Source: a virus. From it: a stretch of DNA of 64,000 bases. Below the pieces are notes generated by a model. It had not been told where the DNA came from. It saw nothing but the letters and a program-made list of their open reading frames with translations, and made no database searches. Below, one piece after another: positions 35,036 to 45,868 of this stretch; the stretch's first letter is position 1, and each line of letters starts with the position of its first letter. The stretch lies in the IMG/VR virus record IMGVR_UViG_3300042541_003236; one strand, given 5' to 3'. The position numbers were made by a program, and so were the translations under genes.

Positions 35036-35413
35036 TTATTTAAGTATTTCTTCAATTTTATCGTTTCTTCTCTTTGCTACATCGTCTTCAATCCATTCAA
35101 TACCTTCTGACTTTATCCAAGTATTATTTACCATACCCTTAATTCGAACTTTAGTTAAATCAGTATTAAACTCTGATTGATCTGCGGTCATAGAAATAAC
35201 CTCTACTTTAGATCTTGCGGAAGTTTTTTCTAGTTCTCCTAATTCAAATTGAACATCAAAAGATTTACCACCAACAGTAGTATAAGTATTTGTAAAAATA
35301 CCTCTTCTTAAAAATTTCTCTTTAACTTTCTTATCTTTTGATTTCGATAAGAAGTAAAGACAAGTAGAACTCACACCTAGTATGAGTCCTATAAATATCC
35401 CTAACCAAATCAT
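35036..35413 (-). CDS. hypothetical membrane protein
   Basis: N-terminal transmembrane segment; 125 aa. Confidence 0.45.
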   Translation of the reverse strand: MIWLGIFIGLILGVSSTCLYFLSKSKDKKVKEKFLRRGIFTNTYTTVGGKSFDVQFELGELEKTSARSKVEVISMTADQSEFNTDLTKVRIKGMVNNTWIKSEGIEWIEDDVAKRRNDKIEEILK

Positions 35414-35414
35414 A

Positions 35415-36011
35415 TTATTTTGTTTTACGTTTTTTTCTCAATGCAATCTTAGCTTCTTTAAATGCGTTAGTTAGTTCAGTACTAGCTTCTCTTTTAATAT
35501 ATTTTCTTTGTGTTCGATCATAATATTTACCTAAATCACAATCTCTAAAATTATGAATAGTTAAGATTGCTTTAATCCACTCTAAATCATTTGATCTAGC
35601 AAAAAAGTAGTTCTTATTATTGATAATATATTTTTTGAAATCATCAATGTCAAATTTTGCATTATTTAGATTACGTATGTGATTACTTCTAAATCTTTCA
35701 CTATCTTCAAATTGAGGGTACATATTGATAATTGTCAATACTGCATTATCCATTGGATCTAATTGATCCAATAAAGATTTTAATTGTAAATCTCTTTCGT
35801 TACTAACTTTGGCTTGATCTGCCATTGCTTTATACTCAGCAACTGTACCAGACTCACTAATACTATAAATCTGATAACTTAATCTTGCACAATAACTGTT
35901 TTCAAAATCTGTTCTTGAAATCAGTCGTTTTATGTTATTCAAAAAGGTTGTTTCTGATCTGTAAACAGAATCACCTAGTACATAAATTTTATCTCTCTTT
36001 AACTTCGCCAT
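35415..36011 (-). CDS. hypothetical protein
   Basis: 198-aa ORF. Confidence 0.45.
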   Translation of the reverse strand: MAKLKRDKIYVLGDSVYRSETTFLNNIKRLISRTDFENSYCARLSYQIYSISESGTVAEYKAMADQAKVSNERDLQLKSLLDQLDPMDNAVLTIINMYPQFEDSERFRSNHIRNLNNAKFDIDDFKKYIINNKNYFFARSNDLEWIKAILTIHNFRDCDLGKYYDRTQRKYIKREASTELTNAFKEAKIALRKKRKTK

Positions 36012-36300
36012 CTAATATATCTTTTAATCTATTTTCTCTTAATTCTTTAATAATTAAACTCTTATCTTTGTTAAACTCATAGTAATAACGAAATTTATAA
36101 GAATTTAGAATAGCACGTAGTTGGTCTCTATTCGCCTTATGAAGGTTCTTAATGATACCTTCTTCTATATTTTTGAAAGTAGCTGCTTCTATATTAGAAG
36201 AAAAGTTCTTAGCCCTAATGGCAAAGTCTTGTAAATCTAATATGTCTCTTTGAAGTTTCTCTAATCTTTCAATAATTACTTCTGTTATATCTCCTTTCAT
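35989..36300 (-). CDS. hypothetical protein
   Basis: 103-aa ORF, overlaps neighbouring genes. Confidence 0.4.
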   Translation of the reverse strand: MKGDITEVIIERLEKLQRDILDLQDFAIRAKNFSSNIEAATFKNIEEGIIKNLHKANRDQLRAILNSYKFRYYYEFNKDKSLIIKELRENRLKDILDGEVKER

Positions 36301-38147
36301 TATGATAATAAGTTTTCTAATTCTTCTACTGTTAAGATTACAACTCCAAGAGAAATCGCCTTCGTTTCTTTACTTGAACCTGAACCTTTTGATTTCATTA
36401 CTAAGTATGTTGTAGTTTTAGATACAGAACCAGCAACTTTACCACCACGTGATTCAATTAATTGTTCTAAATCTTTTCTACGAACGCCAGTAAATACAAA
36501 TGATTTACCATCTAAATCTGTACCAACTTTAACAGCTTCTACTTTCTGGGCAATTGTAACTGGAAGACCTTTTACAAATGTAAAGAAATTATCGTAATTA
36601 TCCACAAAAACTTTTGCAGAAATTTCAGCAAAACCTTCAACTTCCATAACTTGGTCAATCGTAGGTTTAGTTGTAAAGTGTTCTACTAAAGATAACTTTT
36701 TAGCACCTAGACCTTTAAATACTCCAGATGCGTATTGAAGTTTAGATAATTGTACATCTTTAATAGATTTTTGTATTGAGGTGTAAACAATTTGTGCTTT
36801 TCTTTTACCAAATCTATCAATTTTCTCTAATTGAGTAGGATTGACATTTAAAATATCTTCAATTGTTTGATAACCAGCATCCCATAATTGAGTAATAATA
36901 CCTTCTGACACATTGTCTGCTTCTAATATTTCAAAGAAAGCGACATTTTTTTTCAACTTTTGTTCGTCAGTTTCAGTTAAAGTAACTAACTCAACACCAT
37001 TATCATTCCACACATATTCAATTTCTCCTTTTGAGTCAGTAAGATATGGATATTGAAATTCAACAGTTTGTAATACTTCTACAATTAATGGAATAACCAT
37101 TCCACTTCTCTTAACAACAACTTTCGCACCAATTCCTAAACCCATATCTTTTATGAATTTGGCATTGTTACCAGTTACGTTAGAAACAGTAACACCGTCT
37201 AATTTAATAGGAGTAATGTGTAAAACAGGTTTTAATAGTCCATTTTTAGAGATATTCCAAGAAATACCCAAAACATCAGCTTCTGCTCTTTGTTCAAAGG
37301 AGTCGTGTTTAAATGCTCTTGCATAACATGGATTGTTAGAAGAAGTCTCACGACCCAAACTTTCTTGTAAAGCAAGGTCGTTTACTTCAAGAATTATACC
37401 ATCGATCTCATAGTCAGCAGACCATGTTCTAAATAATTCAATTAGTAATTCTTCTGTAATATCTTTTGCAACAAATAAATGATAATTTACTTTAACTTCT
37501 TGACCAGAGTTTAACATATCTAATATGTCAGACTTTGTTTTAAAGTTAAATCCTTCATTTGGTATAGCACCATATTTAATAAATTGTAAATCTTTTAGGG
37601 GATCAGTTACTTCTTTTGAGTTAAGTAAACCAGCAACTAAGTTTCTTGGATTTGCAAACTCTAGTGAGTATTTATCTGTGAAAACTTGTTTAGGCATTAT
37701 AACCTCACCATAAGTATATGAGAAAGGATCACTTTTTAAAGATAAGTGATTTTTTATTAGTTTGTAGTGTTCATCTGACTTCTGACCGAATTCACCATCA
37801 CCTCTAGTCCAGGTGTTTGTATTGATTTCGTCATGACATAAAGAAAGTCCGTCATATTTTGGAGTACATACAATTTCGGTATTTGGATTTATACCTTTTA
37901 ATCTTAACCAGTTTTGTATGTCTTCAATGGTTTTAATTTTATTCATAGAAGCCATATCAATAGGTAGTTTTGATTTTCTTGTTTCATCAATAACTTCTAA
38001 TCCTATTTTAGAGAAAAATTCATTCTCTGGGTCGTATGAAAAAAGTAAATCAACCATATCATCATAATCTTTATCTGACATGATTGCATTACCAGTTCTA
38101 TAAGCTGTATTAGCTTCTTCTAATTTTGCTACTATTCTATCTATCAT
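36300..38147 (-). CDS. ligA: NAD-dependent DNA ligase
   Basis: KYDGLSL adenylation motif (KxDG), OB and HhH regions, C-terminal BRCT (GKSFVFTG...); 615 aa. Confidence 0.85.
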   Translation of the reverse strand: MIDRIVAKLEEANTAYRTGNAIMSDKDYDDMVDLLFSYDPENEFFSKIGLEVIDETRKSKLPIDMASMNKIKTIEDIQNWLRLKGINPNTEIVCTPKYDGLSLCHDEINTNTWTRGDGEFGQKSDEHYKLIKNHLSLKSDPFSYTYGEVIMPKQVFTDKYSLEFANPRNLVAGLLNSKEVTDPLKDLQFIKYGAIPNEGFNFKTKSDILDMLNSGQEVKVNYHLFVAKDITEELLIELFRTWSADYEIDGIILEVNDLALQESLGRETSSNNPCYARAFKHDSFEQRAEADVLGISWNISKNGLLKPVLHITPIKLDGVTVSNVTGNNAKFIKDMGLGIGAKVVVKRSGMVIPLIVEVLQTVEFQYPYLTDSKGEIEYVWNDNGVELVTLTETDEQKLKKNVAFFEILEADNVSEGIITQLWDAGYQTIEDILNVNPTQLEKIDRFGKRKAQIVYTSIQKSIKDVQLSKLQYASGVFKGLGAKKLSLVEHFTTKPTIDQVMEVEGFAEISAKVFVDNYDNFFTFVKGLPVTIAQKVEAVKVGTDLDGKSFVFTGVRRKDLEQLIESRGGKVAGSVSKTTTYLVMKSKGSGSSKETKAISLGVVILTVEELENLLS

Positions 38148-38161
38148 AATTATTATATTTC

Positions 38162-38172
38162 TACAAATATAC
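38162..38172 (-). promoter_or_regulatory. Bacteroidetes-type -7 box (TAtaTTTG) upstream of ligA
   Basis: + strand tacaaatatac, 17 nt from the ligA start. Confidence 0.45.
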
Positions 38173-38176
38173 GAAG

Positions 38177-38452
38177 TTATATTAGTTTTTCCAAATTTTT
38201 ATCTCTATTATATGACTTTTCATCATAAACTTCGATAACATATCCTTCTATTTTGAACTCACTTACCCATTTGTCATAACCTATTTTATATCTTGGATTT
38301 TTCTCCAAAACTTTTTCAATAGCTTCTTCTTTGTTTTCAGCGACTATCTGAAAACTTGGTAGTGGACCACTGTGCCAACCACCATCATTAAATGTTACAT
38401 TGTATATCTTCATGTCACAAATATACAAATAAAAACTTAAAGAAATAAACAA
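38177..38452 (-). CDS. hypothetical protein
   Basis: 91-aa ORF; a -7 box at 38416-38426 lies inside it, so the start may be ATG 38413 on a leaderless mRNA. Confidence 0.4.
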   Translation of the reverse strand: MFISLSFYLYICDMKIYNVTFNDGGWHSGPLPSFQIVAENKEEAIEKVLEKNPRYKIGYDKWVSEFKIEGYVIEVYDEKSYNRDKNLEKLI

Positions 38453-38486
38453 AATTTAATATATACTAAAAAATCATTTTAGAATA

Positions 38487-41400
38487 ATGGCAGTTCAAAG
38501 TTCATTTCCAAAAGTAGCTGATCAAATCATAACATATAATAAGAATATTGTTGAGATTTTATCAAAAATAAACTCTTTACAAACAACAAAAGACCCTTCG
38601 GTAACTTTACAAGTATATGATGAAAACGGTGTTTTAAGAAATTATACGTTACCTTCTTTTACGTCTTTAAAAGCAGATATTGATAGGTTAAATAATAATA
38701 TTAATTCACTTTATAGTATTGATGCAGCAGGTGCTTTAATTCAAACATCAACTCAAAATAAATATAAAAAAATCATTACGGTTGATTTGAATAGAGATCC
38801 TACTCCAGTTGGAAGTTTAGGTGCATTAACTACTTTTAAATCAGCACCTAACTGGTTTTTTGATGCTCTTATGGATCCTATGGTTTCAGTTGAACTTGAT
38901 TTATCAGGTAAGATTGAAGACAATGTTAGAAAATGTTTAATTAGAAGATATATTGTTGAGTTTGCTAAAAATGCAGATGGTACGTTTACTACACTTGGAC
39001 AATCAGCTTTAAATAGTTATAATCAATTATTTAGAGGTAATGGTAATATAGTTTTATCGGAATTTGAAAACTGGTATAATACAACTACTGGTTTGATTAA
39101 TCCAACTAATCCTAAATATGATGAACAAATGTTTGACTTAGAACCTAATAACTTATTATATGATGGTCAATTTAGTGTTTTAAGAATACAAGAAGATAGA
39201 TTAAATAGAAAACTTTGGTATGTTTTAGATACTTTGGATTACTTAGTAGTTGATGCAAATCAAACTAATAAATTATCTAATGGTGATGAAGTTATTATTA
39301 ACTCAGATAAAACATCAACAAGATATAAAATCTTAGAAGTTTCAACTGCTGAGTCTAATCCAAGGATTAGAGTTGAAAGAATTGAAGGTATTGAACCAAT
39401 CCCTGTTGGAATTGGAACTTTAAAAGTTTATTCATCAGTTATCTATACTAAAAGGGTTAGAGTAAGTGTTGGTTATAATGAAAGAAATGTCCTTTTTATT
39501 AAACCCGTAAATGTTGATAATAATTTAGTTGCAAAGAAATGGAGTTTAGGTACGGGTTATTATACAAATGATTTAAGATTAGATTCTTCTTCTACTGCAA
39601 ATGGATTATCAATGGAGCAGTTCTATATCGATTATGTTTATGATTATGGAGTTGTTTTACAAGATTTAGTTGCGAAGAAAACTCCTAACTCATTGGCAGG
39701 TACTCCATTATCACCAACATTGACAACTGATAACTTTAGGGTAGTTCAAATTAATAAACACCTTACTGATACACCGGATTCTAATTTAATTAAACAAAAA
39801 CATAATTATCAATTATCTTTAAAATCTGAAATACAACAAATACAAGAGGCTATTTTAGCTAGAAATAAAGCTGGTAAGTTTACTAAGTTTAAATCTGATT
39901 CGGCTAAGAAACAATCTGATTTAGAAGTACAAGATTTAACTTCTAAGAAAGATAGTAAAAGTAAATTACTAGCTTCTGTAACTCAAGAGATTATTGATTT
40001 ATCAAAAGATCCTAAAAATAAAGTATCTCCTAAGTTTAGTGTAAGAGGATTCTGGACTATTCCAAGTGCGGTTGTGACTACTGGTACTAAGCCACAAGAG
40101 ATTGTTCAATTTAGAGTACAATATAGATATACAAGTATGGATGGTAGAGAAGCACCAGTAGATACATTTACAATTACAGACTCACAAAGTAGAGCTTCTT
40201 ACTCTAACTGGAATGAATATAAAACCGATGCTAGAAAAAGAGAGTATAACAGTACAACAGGTGAGTATACTTGGGCAATTGAAGATGTTACATCGGCAGA
40301 TACCCCAAATATTAATCAAATAGATATTCCTGTTCAATCTAATGAAAGAGTTGATATTAGAATTAAATCTATTTCTGAAGTTGGATGGCCAGAATCTCCA
40401 GTTGAATCTGATTGGTCAGAAATTATTACAATTGATTTCCCAGATGATTTAAACACTATTACAAATGAGAATGATTTCATTTTAGCTGCTGCAACAAAAG
40501 AAGATTTAAAAGTAAGTGTTAATTCGGAATTATCTGCAAAAGGATTAGATAATCACCTAGCAGACACGGTAACTGTAAATAATGTTACGTTCCATCACGA
40601 AGCTAAAAAGATTTTATCTGGTTTCCAAGATGAGAATGGAGTTTCATTAGACTTATATGTTTATATTCAAAAGTTAACAGATAGAATTACTTCATTAGAA
40701 GAAAAAATCACAAGAGCTAAAGGTGAACTTCAAATTATTATTCTTAGAAATAATCAAGAGTTTATTGTTAATAATGGTTCAGAAACAACATTTAATGTTG
40801 AATGTGAGGATTATTTAACAACATTCACGGGACAAGGGGCACCAACTGGTAGAGTTTATGAGAATAACATCTATGTTATTAAAGACTTTGTTATGAAAGT
40901 TAAAAATAATGCAAAAGAATCTGCACTGGGATTATTGTCAAATAGAACTTATTTAGGTAATCAAGATACTGTTTATAGTCAAAAGACACCACAAGTGTTC
41001 TGGGTTGATAATAAAGATGAATTATTGACAAATGATGTTATTAGTGGTCAAACAAGAACTCAGAAAGATAATCAATTTATATGGTCTGTAAACTTTGATT
41101 CAATTACACAAACTACTGTAGCAAAATTATCGGAAAATATTGGAAATAATTTTACTGCAAATAATGTAAATTCTAATTCAATAACAAATATACTTTCTAC
41201 TAATGATTACAATGTTGGTTATAGTGAGAATACATTATTATCATTTATTGCAAATAATAAATCATTATTAGATCCTACTAAGTGGCTTGATACTACTGTT
41301 TCTATTTCATCAACAACTAAGTTTTTGACTACGATACATCCAGTTGTAAAAGATTTGGAAAATATCCAAGAAAACAATAGTGATAAAATTAAAACAATTG

Positions 41401-41696
41401 CGGCAGGTGATAGAAATTCTGTTATAATACCATTAAATATTTATTTCAAATTAAACTCACTTGATACAAGTTTAACAGGTTTAAACTATCAATATGTTGA
41501 CTTCAATAACTCAACTAAAACCGTTAAACACGTTAAAAAGTTAAAGTTCTTCTTAGAGAATGAATCTGAGAATAGACCATTTGTATTTACTCTTAAATTT
41601 AACTTAAATAGAAACAAAGTTATTGTTAGAAAGTTTAATTCAACTGGTGGTGGACCTGCATATATTGATGACTGGTCAACATCAAGTAAAAAATAA
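38487..41696 (+). CDS. large structural protein (1069 aa)
   Basis: Long Asn/Ser/Thr-rich ORF with TTAATATATA at 38456-38465. Confidence 0.55.
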   Translation: MAVQSSFPKVADQIITYNKNIVEILSKINSLQTTKDPSVTLQVYDENGVLRNYTLPSFTSLKADIDRLNNNINSLYSIDAAGALIQTSTQNKYKKIITVDLNRDPTPVGSLGALTTFKSAPNWFFDALMDPMVSVELDLSGKIEDNVRKCLIRRYIVEFAKNADGTFTTLGQSALNSYNQLFRGNGNIVLSEFENWYNTTTGLINPTNPKYDEQMFDLEPNNLLYDGQFSVLRIQEDRLNRKLWYVLDTLDYLVVDANQTNKLSNGDEVIINSDKTSTRYKILEVSTAESNPRIRVERIEGIEPIPVGIGTLKVYSSVIYTKRVRVSVGYNERNVLFIKPVNVDNNLVAKKWSLGTGYYTNDLRLDSSSTANGLSMEQFYIDYVYDYGVVLQDLVAKKTPNSLAGTPLSPTLTTDNFRVVQINKHLTDTPDSNLIKQKHNYQLSLKSEIQQIQEAILARNKAGKFTKFKSDSAKKQSDLEVQDLTSKKDSKSKLLASVTQEIIDLSKDPKNKVSPKFSVRGFWTIPSAVVTTGTKPQEIVQFRVQYRYTSMDGREAPVDTFTITDSQSRASYSNWNEYKTDARKREYNSTTGEYTWAIEDVTSADTPNINQIDIPVQSNERVDIRIKSISEVGWPESPVESDWSEIITIDFPDDLNTITNENDFILAAATKEDLKVSVNSELSAKGLDNHLADTVTVNNVTFHHEAKKILSGFQDENGVSLDLYVYIQKLTDRITSLEEKITRAKGELQIIILRNNQEFIVNNGSETTFNVECEDYLTTFTGQGAPTGRVYENNIYVIKDFVMKVKNNAKESALGLLSNRTYLGNQDTVYSQKTPQVFWVDNKDELLTNDVISGQTRTQKDNQFIWSVNFDSITQTTVAKLSENIGNNFTANNVNSNSITNILSTNDYNVGYSENTLLSFIANNKSLLDPTKWLDTTVSISSTTKFLTTIHPVVKDLENIQENNSDKIKTIAAGDRNSVIIPLNIYFKLNSLDTSLTGLNYQYVDFNNSTKTVKHVKKLKFFLENESENRPFVFTLKFNLNRNKVIVRKFNSTGGGPAYIDDWSTSSKK

Positions 41697-41706
41697 TATT
41701 TAAAAA

Positions 41707-44700
41707 TTGAGAAGCTTTGGTTTATTAAGAACAAATGTTGGATTAACAACAAACATAAAAGTCATGATTGATACTAATTATAAACTTAGTTTAGATAGTA
41801 TTGACTCTGATGTTAATTTATCATTTGATAAATTTAAAAAGGTTTCATTTACTAAAGATAACTATTATGATGAGTTAATTCCGTATTTCTATAATGATTT
41901 ACCGGCAGATACTGCGTTCTCTATTAAATATGAGAATGATGTTGAAACAATGTCAGATGATTTTAAAAATCAATATGATGAGTTATATAATTATGGTGCT
42001 CGTAATATAGTTGATAATAAAAATTATGCTGAAGAGTATGAGTATTTTGCACCATTATACATTAATAAAAGTGGGTTTCCTAAAAAGTTTATTATTTTTA
42101 GAATTGATGGATCAGGTATTGGTACTTTAAGAAAAGATAACTTTAAAATAGAAGTACTTAAAAAGTTAAAAACTGTTAAAATATTTGATTTAACTAAAGA
42201 AAGTGCATTAGGAGAGTGGATTGGTAAAAACTTTACTGACAATAAATACTTTCCAGATTCACCACTAGACATTGATTTTAGAAATTTAGAGTTTTGTAGA
42301 TGGAATGGTATTGACTATCAAAATGGTGGATATACTTATAAATCATTGTTTATAGATGATATATTAGATGAAGAGAAAGAAATATTTGAACTTGAAAAGT
42401 TTGTATTTGATTCTTATAAAAATAATAAAGTTGTTTTTCCAAACATTCTAAATCTATCATTTTTATTTGATGATACTCCTTCTACATCAGAACTTAAAAG
42501 AAAGTGGTCTATTAATAGATATTACGGATTTTATTTAGAAGATTTAGAATATGTTACTTCAATATCACCTTATATTACAATTGGATTACAATCAGATATT
42601 GAAGTATTACCAGGTAATATATTATATTCTGCTACTAGTTCTAATCCATTTGTCCAAGATTGGACTGATAATAAACCATTTTATGTTGAATATAATGGTA
42701 CTTATTATAAAGTAGAACAATTTACAGAAACAATTACTAATCAATTAATTAAGATTGCTAATCCATTAAGTACTTCAGAAAGTAGAACTAAAAAAGATTT
42801 AGGTTTTAGAACCTCTAAAGGTTTGTCAAACAGTGATGTTATTAAAAAGTCAGTAACTACAAATACTAAATCTGCAATAGAAGAGTTCGGAGAATCTATT
42901 ATCACTAAATATAGACTTATATCTGATTTAGATTTAAGTGGGTTAACTGCTTCTAGTTTAAATCAAAACTTTGGACAAATTGATATTAATAATAGATTAA
43001 TCAAAGATAATAATGTTAATTTATCAATAGATAGTTTTGATAATCAAGATGGTAATATCGGAGTTTGGTTAATAGAAATTGATGGTATTTACCATAACTT
43101 AATTAAAGAAGGTGATGCAATTAAACTTAGTACTGATTACTCATTTACTTTTAATCAAAATGACTATTCTTATAAGGTTGCCGGTAAATCTACTAAAGTT
43201 AGTACAGTTGTTGATTTTAATACAGCACCTAAAAAATTCCCTATTTATAGAGTTAGATTTACTGATATTAAAGACTTTGATACAAGAATCATTGATACAG
43301 AGTATTCAAAATATGAGTATGAAGAATATGATAATTTGACTAAAACTGATGAGACAAAAATGTATTTAGAAGATATTTTAAATAATACTAGTCCCGTTAA
43401 TTTAGATGACTTTGTTTATAAGGATGAAGTTGTTAATATTCCAGTATCATCTGAATATACTGCAAATCATGAAACATTTAAAATAGATACTGACTTATCA
43501 GAAATATGGAGAAAAAATACAGTTTATTGTAGATGGGGATTCCAAAAATCTTTATCTGCCAATGATATGCCATATCTATTAAATAACTCTTTATTATTTG
43601 AGGATTTTAATAGAACTGCAAATATTATGGACCCATTTCCAAAAAGAATTGAAAGAAACTTAGATTATTTTTATACAGTAAACTCTGCAACTTCTTCCTA
43701 TTTACATCATACATTACACGTAGAAAATGTTAATAATGGTGTTATTGATACTAATTTTAGATTTAACTTAGAAAAGTATTTAAACTTTGGAACTTTTTCA
43801 CATGATTACTTCTCATATTTATTTGGAAAGAAATCAAGTTTCTTAAATGACAAGATACAAAAAAATACTACAAAGTATTCATACTTCAATGTAGGTGATG
43901 ATTCTGTGCCAAATCATACTTTATTTAGAGGTTTAAGATTTGATCTTTATGAAGTAAATGGTATTAGTTTAAACTCTAATAATAAAATAGATAAGATTAA
44001 TATTAAGTCATCTAATAAGTTTGATAATTATAAGTTTTCAATTTTATTATCTGATAATGATTATCAACCAATATTTGCAACAGACTCTAATCAAATAATT
44101 GGATTAACTCAATCTCCAAATGGATTAGAATGGAAGGTAATAAAAGAATGGAGAATGGATACACAATATGAACCAAATGATATTGTTATTTATAATGATA
44201 TGTTATTTACTTTAAATGGTAATTCTCAATCTAAAAATAGTCCTGTTTTTAAAGTTGGTGATAGTTTAGTCTCTTCAAATCCAATTACACAAGGTTTTCA
44301 ATTTTATGGACAACCATCAATATTTTGGGATCCAACATTAGCACCAGGTTTACAAGGTTATGTTTATAATTCTGGTGAGTATTATTATAAAGCTAATAAT
44401 AATGGTATTGACTTTTGGAATCCATCAGTTGCTTATACTATGGCAACAAGTAGTGTTAATTCTTATAATTCTGTTTTATTTAAAAATAAATATTATAAAT
44501 CTTTATTAGATAATAATAGATATAACCCATTAGAAACGATTGCGTGGAAAGAGTATTCAATTAGTCCAACTATAACTACTAATTGGAAAATAATTGAGAT
44601 TTGGAATAGAAAAAATTCATATCAAAACAATACATATGTTTTGTATAATAATATAGTATATAGAAGTATTACTAATAATTTTCTATTTAAACAAAGTACT

Positions 44701-45867
44701 AAAAGTAATAAACCTGGAATTAAAGAATCTCCAGATGAAACCAATAGTTGGGTTTATCAGTCATCATTAACACCAAATACAAATAATATATATTCAAATG
44801 GTAATATTATTGAAATGAATGACTCATATTATTTATGTGTTGGTAATACTACATCAACATTAGATAATAATATTATCATATACGTTAATAATAAATGGAA
44901 GAATGTTTTGGTTAATATAAATATTGCGGATAATACTTATACAAATATATCAGAAACTAACAGAGATGATTTATATGATATTCTTTATAAAAAATTAACT
45001 GCATTAAACTTTACGAATGTGATTAATGATATTACTAATAAATATGGATTTTCTGACTACATTTCATATATAATTACTGAAGAGGATGGAACAACTAAGA
45101 AGTATGGATATCAATTCTATGACTCAATATACCAATTACAAACAATAGATCCTCCTAAATATCCGAATGGTATTATTAGAAAAATAGAAAATATCAAAGA
45201 TCTACCTTATTTACTTAGATGTGAAGAAGCTGATAAATTAGATGTCAAAGTTGACTCTTTAATAAAGAGAGCGGTGCCACTACCAAATACTTTAAATCCA
45301 TTTAGAAAATTGAATAATGGTAAGATAGTTGATTTAACACAGTTAAATCATTATAACAATATCCCAGTTGCAGTAAATATTATTGAGAATCAATTTGAGC
45401 CAAAAGTATTTGAAAATTATCACGGTAATAAAAATATAATTACAAACGATATTTATAGATATAGTGGTTATTATTCACCAATTTTTTATGACATTCAATT
45501 ATTTGAAAGAGACGAATTTGATTTAGGTAACTATAAGTTTGATCTTAGTTTAACTGACTTTGGATTGATGAAAGAAAGAAAGGTAAGAAAGATAAATAGA
45601 AAAGGTAGTCAATTAAGATTGGCTAACGTAAATGATGAAAAATCAATGTACCCTATGTTAGATGAGTTCGGTTATTCAGTTTATGACTTTTTCATATTCT
45701 CTTCAACTTGGGATTTAAAATATTATTTAGAAACGAGTCAATTAAGTAAAAGTAATAATTACTTAGAAAGATATACAATTGATGAGAATGTGGTTAATAA
45801 TCTACAGGACATTTCTATACCAACATTAATACCTACTGATATAGGACAAACACAAAATAATAATTAA
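41707..45867 (+). CDS. very large structural protein (1386 aa)
   Basis: Long ORF co-oriented with the flanking structural ORFs. Confidence 0.55.
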   Translation: MRSFGLLRTNVGLTTNIKVMIDTNYKLSLDSIDSDVNLSFDKFKKVSFTKDNYYDELIPYFYNDLPADTAFSIKYENDVETMSDDFKNQYDELYNYGARNIVDNKNYAEEYEYFAPLYINKSGFPKKFIIFRIDGSGIGTLRKDNFKIEVLKKLKTVKIFDLTKESALGEWIGKNFTDNKYFPDSPLDIDFRNLEFCRWNGIDYQNGGYTYKSLFIDDILDEEKEIFELEKFVFDSYKNNKVVFPNILNLSFLFDDTPSTSELKRKWSINRYYGFYLEDLEYVTSISPYITIGLQSDIEVLPGNILYSATSSNPFVQDWTDNKPFYVEYNGTYYKVEQFTETITNQLIKIANPLSTSESRTKKDLGFRTSKGLSNSDVIKKSVTTNTKSAIEEFGESIITKYRLISDLDLSGLTASSLNQNFGQIDINNRLIKDNNVNLSIDSFDNQDGNIGVWLIEIDGIYHNLIKEGDAIKLSTDYSFTFNQNDYSYKVAGKSTKVSTVVDFNTAPKKFPIYRVRFTDIKDFDTRIIDTEYSKYEYEEYDNLTKTDETKMYLEDILNNTSPVNLDDFVYKDEVVNIPVSSEYTANHETFKIDTDLSEIWRKNTVYCRWGFQKSLSANDMPYLLNNSLLFEDFNRTANIMDPFPKRIERNLDYFYTVNSATSSYLHHTLHVENVNNGVIDTNFRFNLEKYLNFGTFSHDYFSYLFGKKSSFLNDKIQKNTTKYSYFNVGDDSVPNHTLFRGLRFDLYEVNGISLNSNNKIDKINIKSSNKFDNYKFSILLSDNDYQPIFATDSNQIIGLTQSPNGLEWKVIKEWRMDTQYEPNDIVIYNDMLFTLNGNSQSKNSPVFKVGDSLVSSNPITQGFQFYGQPSIFWDPTLAPGLQGYVYNSGEYYYKANNNGIDFWNPSVAYTMATSSVNSYNSVLFKNKYYKSLLDNNRYNPLETIAWKEYSISPTITTNWKIIEIWNRKNSYQNNTYVLYNNIVYRSITNNFLFKQSTKSNKPGIKESPDETNSWVYQSSLTPNTNNIYSNGNIIEMNDSYYLCVGNTTSTLDNNIIIYVNNKWKNVLVNINIADNTYTNISETNRDDLYDILYKKLTALNFTNVINDITNKYGFSDYISYIITEEDGTTKKYGYQFYDSIYQLQTIDPPKYPNGIIRKIENIKDLPYLLRCEEADKLDVKVDSLIKRAVPLPNTLNPFRKLNNGKIVDLTQLNHYNNIPVAVNIIENQFEPKVFENYHGNKNIITNDIYRYSGYYSPIFYDIQLFERDEFDLGNYKFDLSLTDFGLMKERKVRKINRKGSQLRLANVNDEKSMYPMLDEFGYSVYDFFIFSSTWDLKYYLETSQLSKSNNYLERYTIDENVVNNLQDISIPTLIPTDIGQTQNNN

Positions 45868-45868
45868 C

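Noticed and set aside
38416-38426. -7 box-like motif (cacaaatatac) inside ORF 38177-38452
   Set aside because: It lies only 5 nt from the sole internal ATG (38413). A promoter here would need a leaderless mRNA, so it is noted but not listed as a confident promoter.
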